From: Podarcis gaigeae
Lineage: Eukaryota
Reading direction: 5' to 3' (one strand)
DNA: 64,000 bases
Assembly: GCA_964106915.2 (NCBI GenBank)
Contig: OZ066914.1
Positions within the stretch are counted from its first letter, which is position 1, and the number at the start of each line of letters is the position of its first letter. Shown here piece after piece: positions 1-15,300 of the stretch. The position numbers were made by a program, and so were the translations under genes. The notes under the pieces were generated by a model. It was not told the origin of the DNA. It ran no database searches and was given only the letters and a program-made list of their open reading frames with translations.

Positions 1-267
1 CAGCACAAAGAGCATTCGGGGACCTCAAGGTCCACACTTATGTGTAACTACAGTAGAAATATGTGATAAGAGGGACAGATTCCAGGTTCAGCTTTCTTTC
101 TCTTTTCTTGTGAGTGAATCATCATGCAGCAACAAGTCTCAAGGCTGTAGGGACTAGGAAAGGTCTCATGGGCCTCACCTTATTCCCAGTATATGTAGAT
201 TCCTGTATACTGAAATCCTGACACCATTCGAATCTGTCTGTCTTACTTCTCTTCGCTTCCTTTTCAG

Positions 268-343
268 GACCGTCGAATAGAAGAGTTAACTGTATTGCTA
301 AGTCAGTACCGAAGAGTGAAAGAGATCATGATAGCAGTACAAG
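268..343 (+). CDS. PPFIBP2: PPFIBP2 exon (DRRIEELTVLLSQYRRVKEIMIAVQG)
   Basis: ttttcag| ... G|gtatga, 76 nt; end of coiled-coil region. Confidence 0.93.
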
Positions 344-3300
344 GTATGATTGGTGGATATACATCAGGTGGAAGAGCTTCCAAAACTTTATGAGGCAATT
401 CTAACAAAGAGTTTTAATTTTAATATTCAGAAAAGGGTCATGAGGGGAAACTGAGAGAGCAGCCCTTGAAAGGCAGAGACCTGGTTTGTGTGACACAGTA
501 ATCCAAACAATGCCTTAGTGAAACTCTGAATATGTGGGCTCCAGTAGAAGAATTTCCAGCTGCTTTGCTCCTTTCTGGTCCTTTTTGCTGACATGCCGTT
601 AAGTCAAGGTTTGACTTAGCATGTTGTCCAAACTGGGACTCACGATTAAGCTCACTAACCAGTAGCTGCAAGTATCCAAGATACATTCCTGAGGTGGAGA
701 ACCATAATATATACAGTTTCTTCACTGCCATTCTTATGTTCCCCAACAAGCTTCTTTCTTCTTTGCATTTCTCCTCCAAGGTGCTAAGCCGGTTAGTTAA
801 TGGTGATGCTTTGCTTGATTTACTGTAGTTAATAGTAAATAGGTGGCAATTCTTAAGCATAGAATAACTTCATAATTAGGCCTTTTGGAGTAGTTACTAC
901 ATTGAAGGATTTCACATTAAGTATTTATTAGCATATTGAGCGAATGGATCTTGGGTATTTAACCACAAATGGTCGACTTCATTCCAGTCACTTCTTTAGG
1001 ATAAGCAAATATCCCAGTGTTTCATTCCATAGACTCTTGAATGGGATTGACCTGCCACAACAGCATACGTAAACTTGAGAAGTGGGGCTGCATGGAATGT
1101 TTTATCCAAGGGATGATTAACTCGTGTGGGGCTATGTCCCTCCCCTTTGTCCGTGACTAATACAGCTTGGCTCTGCCTTTTGATACATACAATTATGGTT
1201 ATCAGCATGTGTTTGTGGAAGCCCTCTTCCTTTGGGGGGGGGTCAAAGAATGGTGTTTCTTGATGCTTTTATAACACAAAATTCATTGACATTAAGAACA
1301 GAGTTCTTGGACTAGTCAATGTTCAGAGACGCTCTGCACTGTCAAAATCAGTTCCAATACATGCAGCTGACAATGAAGCTTCTGTTCTAGTTACATATAG
1401 GACCAATGCATTGCTGTCATCACCTGGGAGAGCTTACCTGCTTGTAAATGTGGCAAACACAGAACAGCTGGCTACTGGTAACGGATCTGTATTTTTCGGA
1501 AGTTTGAGTAATCCTGGCTTCTAGTTCTTATTGGCAGTGTTAAGAAAGCTCTTGAGCATTGAGCCCATACCATATGTAACTTCCATGTATGGTCCTGAAT
1601 ACATTGTGTTTCTTTCTGGGAAACACACAGTAACAGCCTGTCCATCTTGACGACAGTCAGCAATACTGAGAAAGATGGAGGGGTGGTCTAACTTGTTACA
1701 GTGCAGCTGCCCCTCTTCCTAGGCTGGTGGTGTCACACACGTTCTCAAATCTTCATATGATTTGGCAAAGCAGATAGTGAAAGTTAATTTATTGTCTGCA
1801 TTGTGAGCTGTTTATCCTTAATAAGTCATGCAAGTATTTTTTTCATGTCCAAGAAGGAATAATTCATTTTTCTTGTTAAGAGACTTATTTCAAAAAGTTG
1901 CCTATGAAAGCATCTTCCCTTGCCTTACTAGACAGCCTCATGAAATGTTATACTTCCTGTCTGCATTTAGAATAACCCGGCCAAGAAGATAAGTGAATAA
2001 AATATATATAAAGCACAATGGGGCCCAGCATCCCCTGAACATGCTTTTACATCCCCTACCCTACAAGGATCCTTTAAACTCAGAGTGACTGCTCCTTTGC
2101 AGCTTAAAGGAAATGTGTGGGAATGGAGAGAGGAATGGCTTTCTGAGACCAATCTCCACTCTTTCATCTCCATCCTCAGTTGTTATGACTGAATAAGTTT
2201 CAGTGTTATCATTACAGATTTTACTAAACATGTGGTGGTTGCTGAGATGATAAGCCTGAGATGCTATTTTTAAATCATTGACTTTAAAATGTTATTTGGG
2301 GAGGGGACAGTGCTTGGCCTTATATTGCTTTTCTTAAACATGAGAAAGAAGCAAGAAGCCCATCTGAAATTGCTGGTCTTTTCTATACAAAAGACATATG
2401 AGAAGCTGGAAGTAATTTTCCTGTTTTGTAACCTATCTTGCACTCTCTAATATGTGAAATAGATGGGATTAGGCAACATTTTATTCCACACAGTTATATT
2501 TTCCAGTGACATAATGTAACTTTAAAGAGCATGCTTGCCACAGCGACCCAGTTTACTTTAATTAACTACAGAACATTTGGCTAATGTATGCACAACTGTT
2601 TTAGATTGTGAAAAATAAGTTGATCGTATCCCTTTCCTTCCACATCAGCTAGAATTGGAAAGCTGACCTGAGCCCTTAACTAAAAAACAAAGTAAGAAAA
2701 ACTTTAATTAAATGGTGTAGGAATTAAAAGCTAAGAATTATAAACTAAACCTAACATTGAAATAAATGACATGTACCAGAATGCTGAATACAAATAAAGT
2801 CAATAGGAGCTAGACAACTGCTTGATTTTATTACACTTCCTGCTCATTTTAACTAATTAAGTAGTACTAAATTTAAATACCCTTTTCTTTTGAGCGTTGG
2901 TAATGAGAGATTTTTAAGTGTTGCCTGAATCAATTTAATCAGTTTGTTATTCAACTAAAGTTTTAATTGCAGTTAAAACTATCCTCCTTTTTTTTACGGT
3001 TTATGCAATCTATTCCAAATATTATCTCTTAATTGGTGGGTCTGAAATGAAGCAACACAGTGCAGTGCAGACACAGACATTCCAGTCCCTTCTTTCCTGC
3101 CAATGTTATATATATAAACTTAATAGCTTTTCTTTCTAGTTGTACAAAGCTAGCATTTTGGAGTGAAACAGTTGAGATGTTCCTTCTAGAGATATAGGAA
3201 CATGGGTAATTATCCTCCCTTAGATATGTATCTTCCTCAGAGGGATCTGAATCTCTTTTGGTCTGCTCTCCTTCCTTACTGTACTAATTTAAAGCAACAT

Positions 3301-6300
3301 TGAACTAGTTACTAAGTTTAAACAACATTTTAAGCTGCCGCAGCAAAGCAACACTGCAGGCATTTTTCTGGCCACCTCTGTCAGAATACCTTATCCTTAG
3401 AAAGGGCCTGCCTTGGCCCTTCCTCTGTGATGAAGGTGGGGCAGCAGAGAGCCTTGCTGAGTGAGTGAGTGAGTGAGTGAGTGAGTGAGTGAGTGAGTGC
3501 TGGCAACAGCTGGGGTGACTGAGGACAGTATGGCGAGTGAACAGGGGCTTGGGGGCACCAGTTCACTGCTCTCTGCAAACACCACCTGAAGCGATTCTCT
3601 TGCTTATTATCATTGTATGACCCACCTTGTAAATTCTAAAAGCCATGTTTTGAAGTGACACCATTTCTAAAGCAGCTGAAAGCCACAATCTTGTATCTGA
3701 AATGACATTTGGGGATTCTGTGAGATTTGCAAAATTATACTTAGTTGGATATATGTGTCTGCTTCGTGTTGTCGGCTGTGAAATACTAGCCTGGTTTGCA
3801 CATCATGGTAAGATTATGATCCTATGTTTGGACAACATGCTAATCCGCACAGAGCTAGGAAAACCAGGAGCAAATGAGCTGTGGTCTCTTCCCCTGGAGT
3901 CAGTATGTTCATATGAAGCTGTGGTTGAATTACATGCAAACATGACCATTGTTTCATTGACTGGAATATCTCAAACCCTGAAGAGATTGAACTTTCACTG
4001 TGCTTGACACATAGTTCCATACCACCACCTGTTAAAAGGGGCTGTGAATGAGGATGTATGAATTAGACTTAAATATGTTAAGAGTCATTGTGAAATTTAG
4101 TTTTTGTTTTCTAAAAACATCCATTAACCATGCTCTAAGTTTCAAATTTTCATCATGTTTAGAGAGACACATCTAAAAGAAAATATTCTATGCATCTAAA
4201 TATTGAACTGATTAATTAGCAAGACGTGTTGGAAATTTACTTTCTAAATAATAACTGCACTTTATTGGTCCTGTCTGTTGGAATCCTTCTGTTGTAATAC
4301 TATGAATAGTTGGCTGCTCGATTGAATAATTGATAATTTTAGGCTGTCAGTGATATTTGGTCTGTGTATGTATATATGGAATCCTCTAACCATGCACAAT
4401 TTTAAATACCAATCCTTTTAGGAACTTCAGAAAGAGTTTTGTGTGGAAGCAGTGAAGATGATATTGAAGTAACTTTAAGAAAATGGAATCCCATGAATAA
4501 GCCCCAAATAGAACTATATAAGCCAGAGGTTGGTTGGTTATTTTTTCCATTATTCTATATTTTTTTCTTCCCATACCCATACTAAAAAGTACTTAAAATA
4601 AAATTCTTTTTACACAGGTACCTCCAGGGGAATTGAATCTACCTATGTTGCCTCCTCCTCCACAAAAAAAAATGCTGGAAATGAGGCAAGAACAAATTTT
4701 CTTTGTTAAATCTGTGTTTCTCAGAACACTCTTTTTTCATATTGTAAAACATTCTTTGAAATACTTGCTTCTGTGTCAAGAACATGTGGTCAATTGGGGC
4801 AAAACAGTTAAATTTAGAATGCATCAAAAAGCCTGCTCTTTAAAATGTGTGCTTCTGTTTACTATTATGATTAACAGCGGAAGCTCCCCAGTTCCTTCAA
4901 ATAACCTGTTTTCTGCAAACGGACAAAGCCTGGAAGTCCAACATAGGTAAGAAGAATAATGCTGTCAACATTTACCAATCAAGTTATCCTAGACATTTTG
5001 AATGGGGATACTTTCCCCCAAATGAGCAACCACAGCTCTAGTTCAAAGGACCCTGAGAAATCCAGTGCAATTGGAGATTCCCTACATTCAGGCCTGGCCA
5101 TTTTAACTGAATGAGACTTTCCCTCCAGGGATACAAAATATAAAGCCAAATCCCATATTGAATAGTTGACCTGACACACAGTTGTTACTGGTTTGACGTT
5201 TCTGTTTTATTTCTGAATGATAAACAAGAAGATCCACTCAGGCCTATGGAAGTATCCAGATGTCAAAAGCATCATACATCTGGTCCTCAGGCCCAATTTA
5301 GATGTTATGCAGCTTAGTGTGTAGATGGGGAGCATTCCACATGCATCCTATTACATTAAAAGCCCTTAATTACATTTGCTGGCCCATTAGCATGTAGCAG
5401 TAGCTCCACTGTGTTGATCTCACCCTGGCTGCTGACCACCTTGATGTACAGAATAACAAACTGAGACAGCAAATCACACATGGACATGTTTTAAAACTTA
5501 ATGGGGAGAGCATGGAATGCTTGCGCAAGTAAGAACTTACCTGTGACCCTCATGTATAAACTAGACCTTAAGATTGCAGGTTATTTGATAGTGAAATCAG
5601 ATTGCCCAGTTACTCCTGCTCAGTGTGTGTGTGCGTGCATTAATTGTTGCCTTTCTCACTTTAAGGGTGCCTCAGAAAAAAATATCAAGTAGTCTTGAAG
5701 ACTTGCAGAGTGAATCCTTGGAAAAGGTTGGCTCAGAAATCTTTGCTTTGCCTAATAATTGTGGATTGCATGTAGAAAATTCTTAACAGCTGAGTCATTC
5801 CACTCTGTTCTTTTCTGAATTTTGAGATCAAAGGAACGTGATTGGTCTGTGCAACACCAAACCCAATCAGTATTCTACCACAGCAATTACTGCTGGTGTA
5901 TTCTGACCAATATATCTGTGCAATACAAGTCAGAGTCTGCCCAAATTGAATTCTGCATAACACTCAAATTGCACTCCGTTTGAAGGTGGTCTTTACTTGT
6001 TGTTGTTAAAAACTGTCACCTTCAAATTGATGCATCAATCTAATAGTATTTAGACGGAATGTGGCTAACCCAGAACTACTTCCGGTGTTTCTTCAGCATG
6101 TTTAATGTGAGTTTTTCATTTTATGTTTGTAGTCTGTTTTGTAATATTGTATATGGCAAATGAATGAAGGTCTAGCTTCTCTAGTTATTCCAGAATTCAG
6201 AGGTCTATTTTCTCCTTCTTCATCATATTCTGGGCATTTACTGGGTATATAATTTGGATGTGCAAACACTAGAATTTATGGCGATACATCACAAATTTCT

Positions 6301-9300
6301 ATCTAAGAGTGCCAAGTCTACCACTTGGCTCAAGTGTACAAACCATTATGCACTTGAGTAAAGAATTTCGGCTTCTGCCTAGAAACCGCACATCCTTCGA
6401 ACCTGTCAACAACTCACTTCTGTGCACTTTGTGTTAATTATTGCAAGTATTTAAACAGTTTTTGTATATAAAACAAACAAGTGTTTTATATGCCGAAATT
6501 TGAAAGCACTTCCTTAGAAACAGTGGGATATATCCCTCTGTCCTACATGAGGTCATGTCCATTAATTTCAATAGGTTTACTCTGAAGAGGGCTAATGGAG
6601 ACAACCCTGTGCCTGTAGAAAACAGTGAAACAAATTCTATTAGCCTCTGTAGAAGCTGTATTTGAGATGTATTTATAAATTTAGAAGGCATGAGACACGC
6701 AGTAATGTCAGGTCGACATGGTGCTCTATACTGAGGAGAAAATAAATCTGCTATTGTCCTCACTGAGGATCACTAGAAATTAGACTAAAAATGTCATGTT
6801 CCATTTGATACTAACATTTTGTTTGTTACTTTCTCTCCCATACATTTCCTGCACCTTCATAGCATGTAGATGCGAAACCAGTAGAACGTGATGTAGCCCA
6901 AGAGGTATATTAACTCCATTTTAACATTTACTTAACATAATCATCATTTTATGTTGTGGTTCTTCTCTTCTTTGTTTTCCCCTTGAATGCCTCTCTGTGA
7001 GAGTTAATATGCTGATAAGTTTGAGCAAACTAGTTAAGCTTTTTTGATCATCAGTTATAAGCAAGTTTTCCTTGGGGGCAGCTGGATGAAGACACATGCC
7101 AGTGCGATTGAGCTAAATATGATGATGCCATTCCTTGCTTTTCCACAAAGGCAGAACCATGAATTCCCCATGGCTTCAAAGAAAACAAATGCTCTTCATG
7201 TGCTGCAAAGAGTGCGGGGGAGAAAGTTCTGTGTGCTGGAGATGATGGAGGCAATTGTGAGCTTAGGGGTGTGCTTAGCTCCAGGCGGTATTTATTTCGT
7301 GCAAGAATATCAAAAGTGATTCAGAAAATAGCAGCACACAAGAATAAAACAGAATGGAGAGCATGCATTCTGTTGGTGACCCACAAAACAGTTAAATAAG
7401 TTGATGCACTTGCTAATGTCTTCATCTTTCTGGATTCTGCAATTGTCAGATGTTTCCTACTCAGTAGCATCATTCAGACAGGGCCACACCTTGCCTCCTT
7501 TCCCCAATTGTTACCTCAAATGACCACGACAAGAGCGATCAGATGTGAAAAGCTCATTTCCCTGGGAATCTGTGTGCATAATTTGGGGGACTTTCCACTG
7601 AAACCTGGTGCCACCATGGAAAACTATGTATTGTCCCAGCACTGATTCTTCTGAAAAGCTAAAAAGTTTGTCTGCTTCTGATTGAAATGAATATTGTGCA
7701 CTTTAGGGGGGGAAATACTGAGTTGTTGTTTTTTTAAAAAAATGTTTTTACCAAAACACAGAATAAGCCATTCGTGAAAAGCAGCAAATACCAAACCTTG
7801 CCAGGGAAGCTTCCTCGACCTGCACACAACGGCGATACTGGGGTATACAGTACTCCCTCTCCAAGTACGTGCCGTGTGAATGGCAACGGAGACAACAGCA
7901 TACAGAGCCTGAGTACGTACTTCAGGGAGGAGAACAATAAAAGCTTGGGTTTTAGCTACTTAATAGCAGTCAGTCAGTCAGTTTTATTGTATATAGCTAA
8001 AGGCCTTTACAATGGAGGATGGGGAATTTAAGGAAGACTTTCATCTAAAATCATACAACATAACCTGCAGCGGTTTACAATATAGAAAGAAATTCACAAC
8101 ATTAAAATTTAAGATTGGAGTGCATTCACATAGCTGGAATGGAGCTTCTTGGCTGCCAGCGCAAATTAGGCTTCCTGGTGTGTAATATATAGGTGTTTAT
8201 CTGCTAGGAATTCAACCATCACTTCCTATGCAGATTGACCTGGAAGCCAATTAAGAATTGGCGATATACGGTAAATTTCCTCTGGGCGTTGTATACAGGG
8301 GGCAAATCAGCCAGGAGTGTGTAATGTCCTCTGCCTGAATGCATCCATATATACATTTGCAGTCCATATGGGGAATTCCCCAATCTCTCCACTCTAAATA
8401 TGCTGAGGGCATCTGTTGGAATTTTAATTCTACAAAAGCCCTCCATGGTTGTGGGAAGGTCAGTGTCTCAAGGTGATTGGTCTTAAATTTGGGGGTACCA
8501 AGTAGAGTAACGGAGCAATGATGGATATTCTGCCTTGGTTGGTATCCTGATCAAAAATCCAATTTCTAAGGTTACGTGGGCTAAAGGCCAAGTAGCTCTC
8601 CATTTGAAGACTATAAGCCCTAAGCTTATCTTGGCACTTTTGTGCCCAGCCCCCCGTCCTTAGTTGCTGTAACCAGCAGAGCTTAGTAAGAGTGTGTTCC
8701 TCGAAGGCATTTAGCCTGCTCCACTATCTCATATAGGCTAGATCAATTCTGGCTGCTAGCGAGGGGATGCCCAACTCAGCTCTGATGTGGGCTGCCGATG
8801 TCCCATAAGAAAGCCCCAAATCTGCCTGTAGGACCTCTATTTCAGATTTAACACCAATTCCCCATATTTCAGCCCCGTAGAGCATTTGGATGATGATTTT
8901 AGAGACAAGGATCTTAAAAGCTGGCTTGATTAACTGCCCACCTGTTGAATGAAAGAACCCATATAGCTGCCCAGTAGAGTGGCCAGATATTAGCTTAATT
9001 GCTTCCAGATGAGGTTTCCATGATGGCTTACCATCGATAAGTAATCCTAGATATTTAAATCTGGGTACTTGCTTTAGGGTGTTACCATCTAGAGTCCACC
9101 TGGACTTGGTAGTCCTCTTGCCAAATAAAGTGACCTTCGTTTTATAGTAGTTAATTTTTAGATGCTCTTTTTTACACAGCTGTTCAAATTTAACCAGCAT
9201 TCTTCTAAGCACATCGTATGATGCTTCCAGGACTTTGCTAAATTAAAGGAGGAAATCTGTTTCCACATACTAGAAGGTGGAAAGTTGGATTTCCAAGTAG

Positions 9301-12300
9301 CTTAGACCCCAGGACTCTGCTTGGTCATGTTTATTGTGAGCCATTACAACAACTGGGATGTACAGAATATGGAATTTTGTTTACTCCTGCAAAGACTACC
9401 GTTAGGCAATTTGCAGGGGAGGCTGAAATTCCATATGCTGAATGCTCTGTGGGCATGGCTTCATCTAGGCTAGCAGCTATCATGCTTGGCAAGGCTGTGT
9501 AAAGGGAAAACCTGTCCCTAAGCATGTCTGCTTGGGACTAAGGCTCCATTAAATACAGTGGAACGTCAGATAATGGACCTTGCACATCTGTCTGCAACCA
9601 TTACCTTTTGATATTGGAGCCCCGGAAATAAGTAGACTACATGCATATGTCTGCTGCTTTAATTACAGAGTGTTAAGATGCTCCCTTTAAATATCCTAGA
9701 CAATTTAAAATATTGAGTAATAGTTTCAAACCCTGCGGAAAGCAAAGTTCTCTGGCTGCTCTCTATAAATCAAGCTGGTAAGTGAGTCTAAAGCAGAGTT
9801 TTGTTTCGTTTTTTGTAAAAAGAAACATCAACTACATATTACTGGGATTTATTTTGTGTTTAAGTGGAACAGCCTGCATTTTATTCTTATTTTCTTTTTC
9901 ACTTAGTCGTGTTCCATATGGAAAGCAATTTTTTTTAAACTGCATGATACATTGTGGATCCTTTTTTTAAAAAAAATTCACTGGTCTCACCGTAGAATAT
10001 TTTGAACTAGAGACAGCAGGACCCCAAATGTTCAACTTCATCTGCTTTGTTACTTTTGCTTCCTGTCAATTTTTTATTTCCTGCTTTTGGCTTTGGCTTT
10101 CTTTGCTTTTCTGTAACTTTCCTTTGCTTGAATTTCCCATCATCTTTGCTTCTTCATGTGGCTTTCTGGTTCTTGGAATGAATGAAGATCGCATCAGGAG
10201 TGTCAGTGCACCAATCTTAGGTATCGTACACCTAGTCAATGCACAGCTTTTAAGCTAGCAATGAATTGGGGGGGGTGTCCCCCGTTACTTCTTGATTGCA
10301 AATATGAATTGCACATAGTGGACTGTCTGGAATCTTGATTTTTTTACACTGAAAGGGAAGAGCCCAATTTAGCTCCTAGTAAATGAAATGTAGGCAGACA
10401 GTGCTAGACTTCAATCTCTGAACTAGAACAGAGATTCAGTCTAGTGGTTGATTCTAATTGGAGCTAGACATCTATTACTTTGGAAGCAAAATTCATATAT
10501 TGGAAAGGGGGAGTTTAATGTGGCTCCTTATTTAACCATTTTTTAAAATACAAAAACCTTCCTAAATTTATTTTGGCAATAATGTTTTAACATAGGCACC
10601 CACAGTAATCTTAGAAATTCAGCTGCCATAGTTTTTTCAGAAGGATGTAATTTTCAATCCTATATTAATACTACAAATAAGATGAATGTTACTAATCGGT
10701 AGTTTTCTGGTAAACCTGACCATTTTATAATGCAATTGCAGAAATCTTTAGCTAGTTCTTCCAGTCTTTATATGTTTTGATACATTATGGGGAAGAAGTC
10801 CTCTAACTAGTAATAAAAAAATGCAGTTTCTAAGTCTGAGAAGAATCACGGACCATTATTTCAGGAATGTTGCCAAGTAAAATTGGAGGTACTTAGCCCT
10901 ATATGATTTAAGTTGTTTGGGGGATTGTGAATTTTTTGTGAAGTTTTTCCTTTTGCATTTTATACCATGGCTTCATAAATCTCAATGGCATTTATCAATC
11001 ACAGGGGACTCTGACAATATGGATGGTACAATGAATTCAGATGACCTTTCACCTTTGTCATCGGGAGCAGAATCTGGTGCACAGTCTCCATTATCTCCGG
11101 AAAGTAAAAGAAGTCCAAGAGGAATAAAGAAAATATGGGGAAAGTGAGTTTTTTCAATCTTCTGTATCTTTTTTTTTTTTATGCCACTACAGAGACCTAA
11201 CTAGAAGCATTCCTGCTATCTTGGAAGTTCTTGTGTTTTTATGTTAAAGCTGCACCTTGCATTTTGATGTCTAGCAACTTCCTATTTTGAATCTTTCCCA
11301 AAAAGAATACGCAGGACCCAGTCTGGAAATTTCCCTGGAGATGATCTGGGCTTGGTTGAATTTCGAAGAGGTGGCCTCCGTGCAACAGCTGGACCTAGAT
11401 TGTCTCGGTCAAAGGACACCAAGGGACAGAAGAGGTAAAGGCTGAGTTTATGCTTTCTGTTTTGTCCTTGTGGATTATTGCATGTTGAAATTCTCTTTGT
11501 AAAGTGTTTTGAGGTTTTATTAAAATCAAGTAGTATATAAGTTTTGTGAAGTCCTACAAAGAATTTTGTAAATTTTGTAGAGTCCTGTGGACTGTTTTCA
11601 GCAAAATTGCACCGTCAAGCAAATATCCCCCCCCCATTCATAGAGCAGTGGGAAAAGCGTACCTCCAATTCCAGGAGAAAGTCGGAGCTATTTCCTTCGA
11701 AACCTTTGACTTCTTACTAGTAAATGGCCCATTGTCAGACAAGATCAAATCTATTGCAGGAGTACTTGATAGCAGTGTCTGGGGCGGGGCCAGGTTTTTC
11801 TGCCTTTCTGTTCCACACTGTATCTTATTACCTTGTCCCTGTGGCATTCAGTGGGAATCGATGCGAATGGAGCTTTTGTTTATTTGCTTTTGTTGCTTCC
11901 AAGTCACTGATGAATGCTTTCTTCAGCATTTGCAACAAGACTACATTGTGTGGCACAATGTTGCCTAACTGCTGTTGTGCCATAAGCATCAATACACTTG
12001 CCAACTTTCATGTCAACCATATTTCCTCATTTAGCCTTGACACAGTGACAAGAAAAGAGAGGGATTTTCTAATCAGAATGGAGCAAAGTGACCATCCATT
12101 AAGTGATTCATATTCCAGTGTTATAACTGATCAAAGGCAAATGATACCTAGTGACATTTAATGATTCAGTATAACAGTAAACAAAAGTCAGCTTCAAGAG
12201 GGTGTGAGATTCTCTCTCAATCTCTCTCCCCCATCAATAACCATAGATGATGATTAGCCTGCCCATCTGACTGGGTTGTCACGGCCACTCTGGCAGGCTT

Positions 12301-15300
12301 CCAGCATATATAAAAACATAATAAAGCATCATACATTAAAAGCTTCCCTATAAAGGGCTGTCTTCAGATGTCTTCTAAAGGTTGTCTAGTCACTTAATTA
12401 TTGTGAAAGTGAGCCTGATGATTCGAGTGCAAAGTGGTTTGCCAAGTGTTGCAGAAAGCAGTCATACTGTTACACTAACATGAACCTCCATTCTTTATCT
12501 GTGCTTCCTAGTGATCATAACGCCCCATTTGCCCAGTGGGGCACTGAACGAGTTTGTAACTGGCTTGAAGACTTCGGCCTTGGGCAGTATGTCATTTTTG
12601 CACGACAGTGGGTGACATCTGGCCACACCCTCTTAACAGCAACACCGCAGGATATGGAAAAGGTAAGAAATCTAGAATGACAATGGTACAATTCTGAGGG
12701 AAGCCAGAGCCAGCCAAGTTTTCCCCCCTCAAAAAAGTTAGACTGCTGATCCATCCTCATTCACATACAGTGTGTGCAAGATGGGGGGGGGGGTTGGATC
12801 CCACTCTTAAGTGTCTAAGAATTTAAGCTCACATCCTCATATTGAAAATGGTGGTTCTGATCCAAAGGTGCACATACATACTGCAGATTCTAATATCCAT
12901 CATGTTTTATTGAATAATTGCTCTTTCAATAGCTCCCCTTTGGTGAACCATCAAGCAACAATTTTGATTCTCTCGGGGTGTAAATTTTCAGAAAATAACT
13001 TCTAGAAAGTCTCAGAAATACAGCAGGTAGTTGCAGGAGCACACTCTCTCTTTGGGGACAAAATGTGTGTTCCATCTGTCCGAGTGCCAAGTTGGCAGAA
13101 CTGTTTTAATTTTCATTATTACTATACTTTGCAGGAACTAGGAATAAAGCAACCTCTGCACAGGAAGAAATTGGTTTTGGCTGTTAAAGCTATCAATACA
13201 AAACAAGATGATAAGTCTGCTCAGCTAGATCATATCTGGGTGACTCGTAAGTATTTTAAGTGGTAAAAATGAAATGAAAGAGCTGCTGGTGAGCTTTTTC
13301 ACCCACTTTGCAAAATCTGTTTTGGTTTAGTTTCAGGGTGAAGGGAAGCGGGGATGAAAAACTCATATTTCATCTTCAAAAACTTTCAGTATACTATTAT
13401 CAGAGGACTCAGAATTGGAGTTTTGTTTTTCATTTTATCAGTAAACTCCAGGAATAGTCACATTAGGGTTGTATGGCTTTGTAACACCTGTTAACAGTAT
13501 TAATATTTTATTATTAAATATGAACAGTCTTCATATTTAAGTGGCTGTTTTAATTGCAAAACTCGAAAAGATGAGCATATATGGTGAGAAATAGAACTCA
13601 GAGGTGATAGAAGGGGCAGGAAAGGTACCATTTATTCTCTAAATAAAAAAGAACTTTGGAAAAGATTTTTATATTATACCCTGGACTCTGTGTGTTCTGT
13701 AGGATGGCTTGATGATATTGGCTTACCTCAATATAAAGATCAGTTTCACGAATCGAGAGTTGATGGCAGGATGCTGCAATATTTAACTGTGGTAAGAAGC
13801 CTTGACCTTTCATAATTTGTGCATAGAAAGAGCTTTTTCTTCTGCTCAAATAAAAGTTGGGGAGGGGGAGAATCCTCACACTGGAATTACAGTTTTACAT
13901 TTGGATTTTAACAAATTGTGTTCCTAATTTTTTAAAAAATGTATAAAGTCTAATTTCAAAATCATAAAACATAACACTTCTGTTTCTGGACCAGTAAGAA
14001 TTTGTAGCCCATGATTTGCCCTCAAGGAACTTTGTGAAGACCCTTTCCTGACAAATAGTGTCTGGAATACAGGAGACTGAAAAACTTGGGAAATGGGCAG
14101 ATTTCTGCCAACCTGGCTAGGACTGAGATACATCAGGCCCAGGCCCTCAACATCTTAAAATGGGGCTGTGTCCTACTGGTCACTTGCATACTGAGGCACT
14201 GTACCAAATCAAAAAGAACCTCCTAGATAATATTGGAGAGAAACAGTCTGTGGGCAAAATCAGGGAACCTCTACGTGAGTGGTGTGCCCCTTTCCCTGAG
14301 TTACTGGAAGGGGCTTTGTAGGTTTTGGCAACCATAAAATCAAGGCAGCAATCTGGTTCATATCGTGCGCTCCAACCAAAACACAGGTTTCAGTTGAGCC
14401 TTATTCAGGATCTTTGAAGGTGGTGGTGAAGGGTGAGCATGCTTGTTCCACCCCCATTCCTACTCATGAGTTGGAGGGTGCCTGTTTGAAGCAAGGAAGC
14501 CTCTTGTACTTGTGGAAGCTTCTGTGTGATGGATAACCAAGAAAAATCTGAGTCACATGGAGAATCTGCACAAGCAGAAGTGGGCTCCTTGCTTCAGATG
14601 GTTGCCCTCCAACTTGAAGAAAGTATTCAGTCCCCACAGCTCAACCCTTGTGTGTTGCTTTTCCCAGTTCCTGAATGCCTTAAGACGACAACTAGAAGAG
14701 ACCACGTGGGTTGGATCTCAAGTTCTGATCTGCTCAGCTCATTGCAGAATAAACTGTTGTTTGTTGACCTGGCTTGCCGCTTGTGTTCTTTTGCAGAATG
14801 ACCTCCTTTTCCTCAAAGTCACAAGCCAGTTGCATCATCTCAGCATTAAATGTGCCATTCACGTGCTCCATGTGAACGGTTTCAACCCTCACTGCCTACG
14901 GAGGAGACCGGCGGACGAGGTGAGAAAGAAATCGTCCCTGTTACTATGGATTTCCTTCCTAGAATAAACCTTGTTTATCCACCCTCTCTCTGCTCCCACC
15001 TCCTAAAAAAGAAGAGGAGCAAGTTCTCTTCTAGGGTGAAATACATGTTGAACTTTGCAGATCCATACCAAGCCAGAAATAATTTAGTGAGAGTGTTGTA
15101 TGGGAGGAAAGACAAAGTGCTGCATTTATTGAATGCACTTCAGAAGACCTTTTGTGCATGTTCACATGCAAACACGCCTTGGCAGACTTGTACATTAATA
15201 CATACTCTGCAGAGGTATATTACTAGGGACAGTTTTCTAGCTGCTAGATGGTGTTGTGCTACCCAGATAGATGCAGAGCTCTTGCCCCAACAGATGCTGC

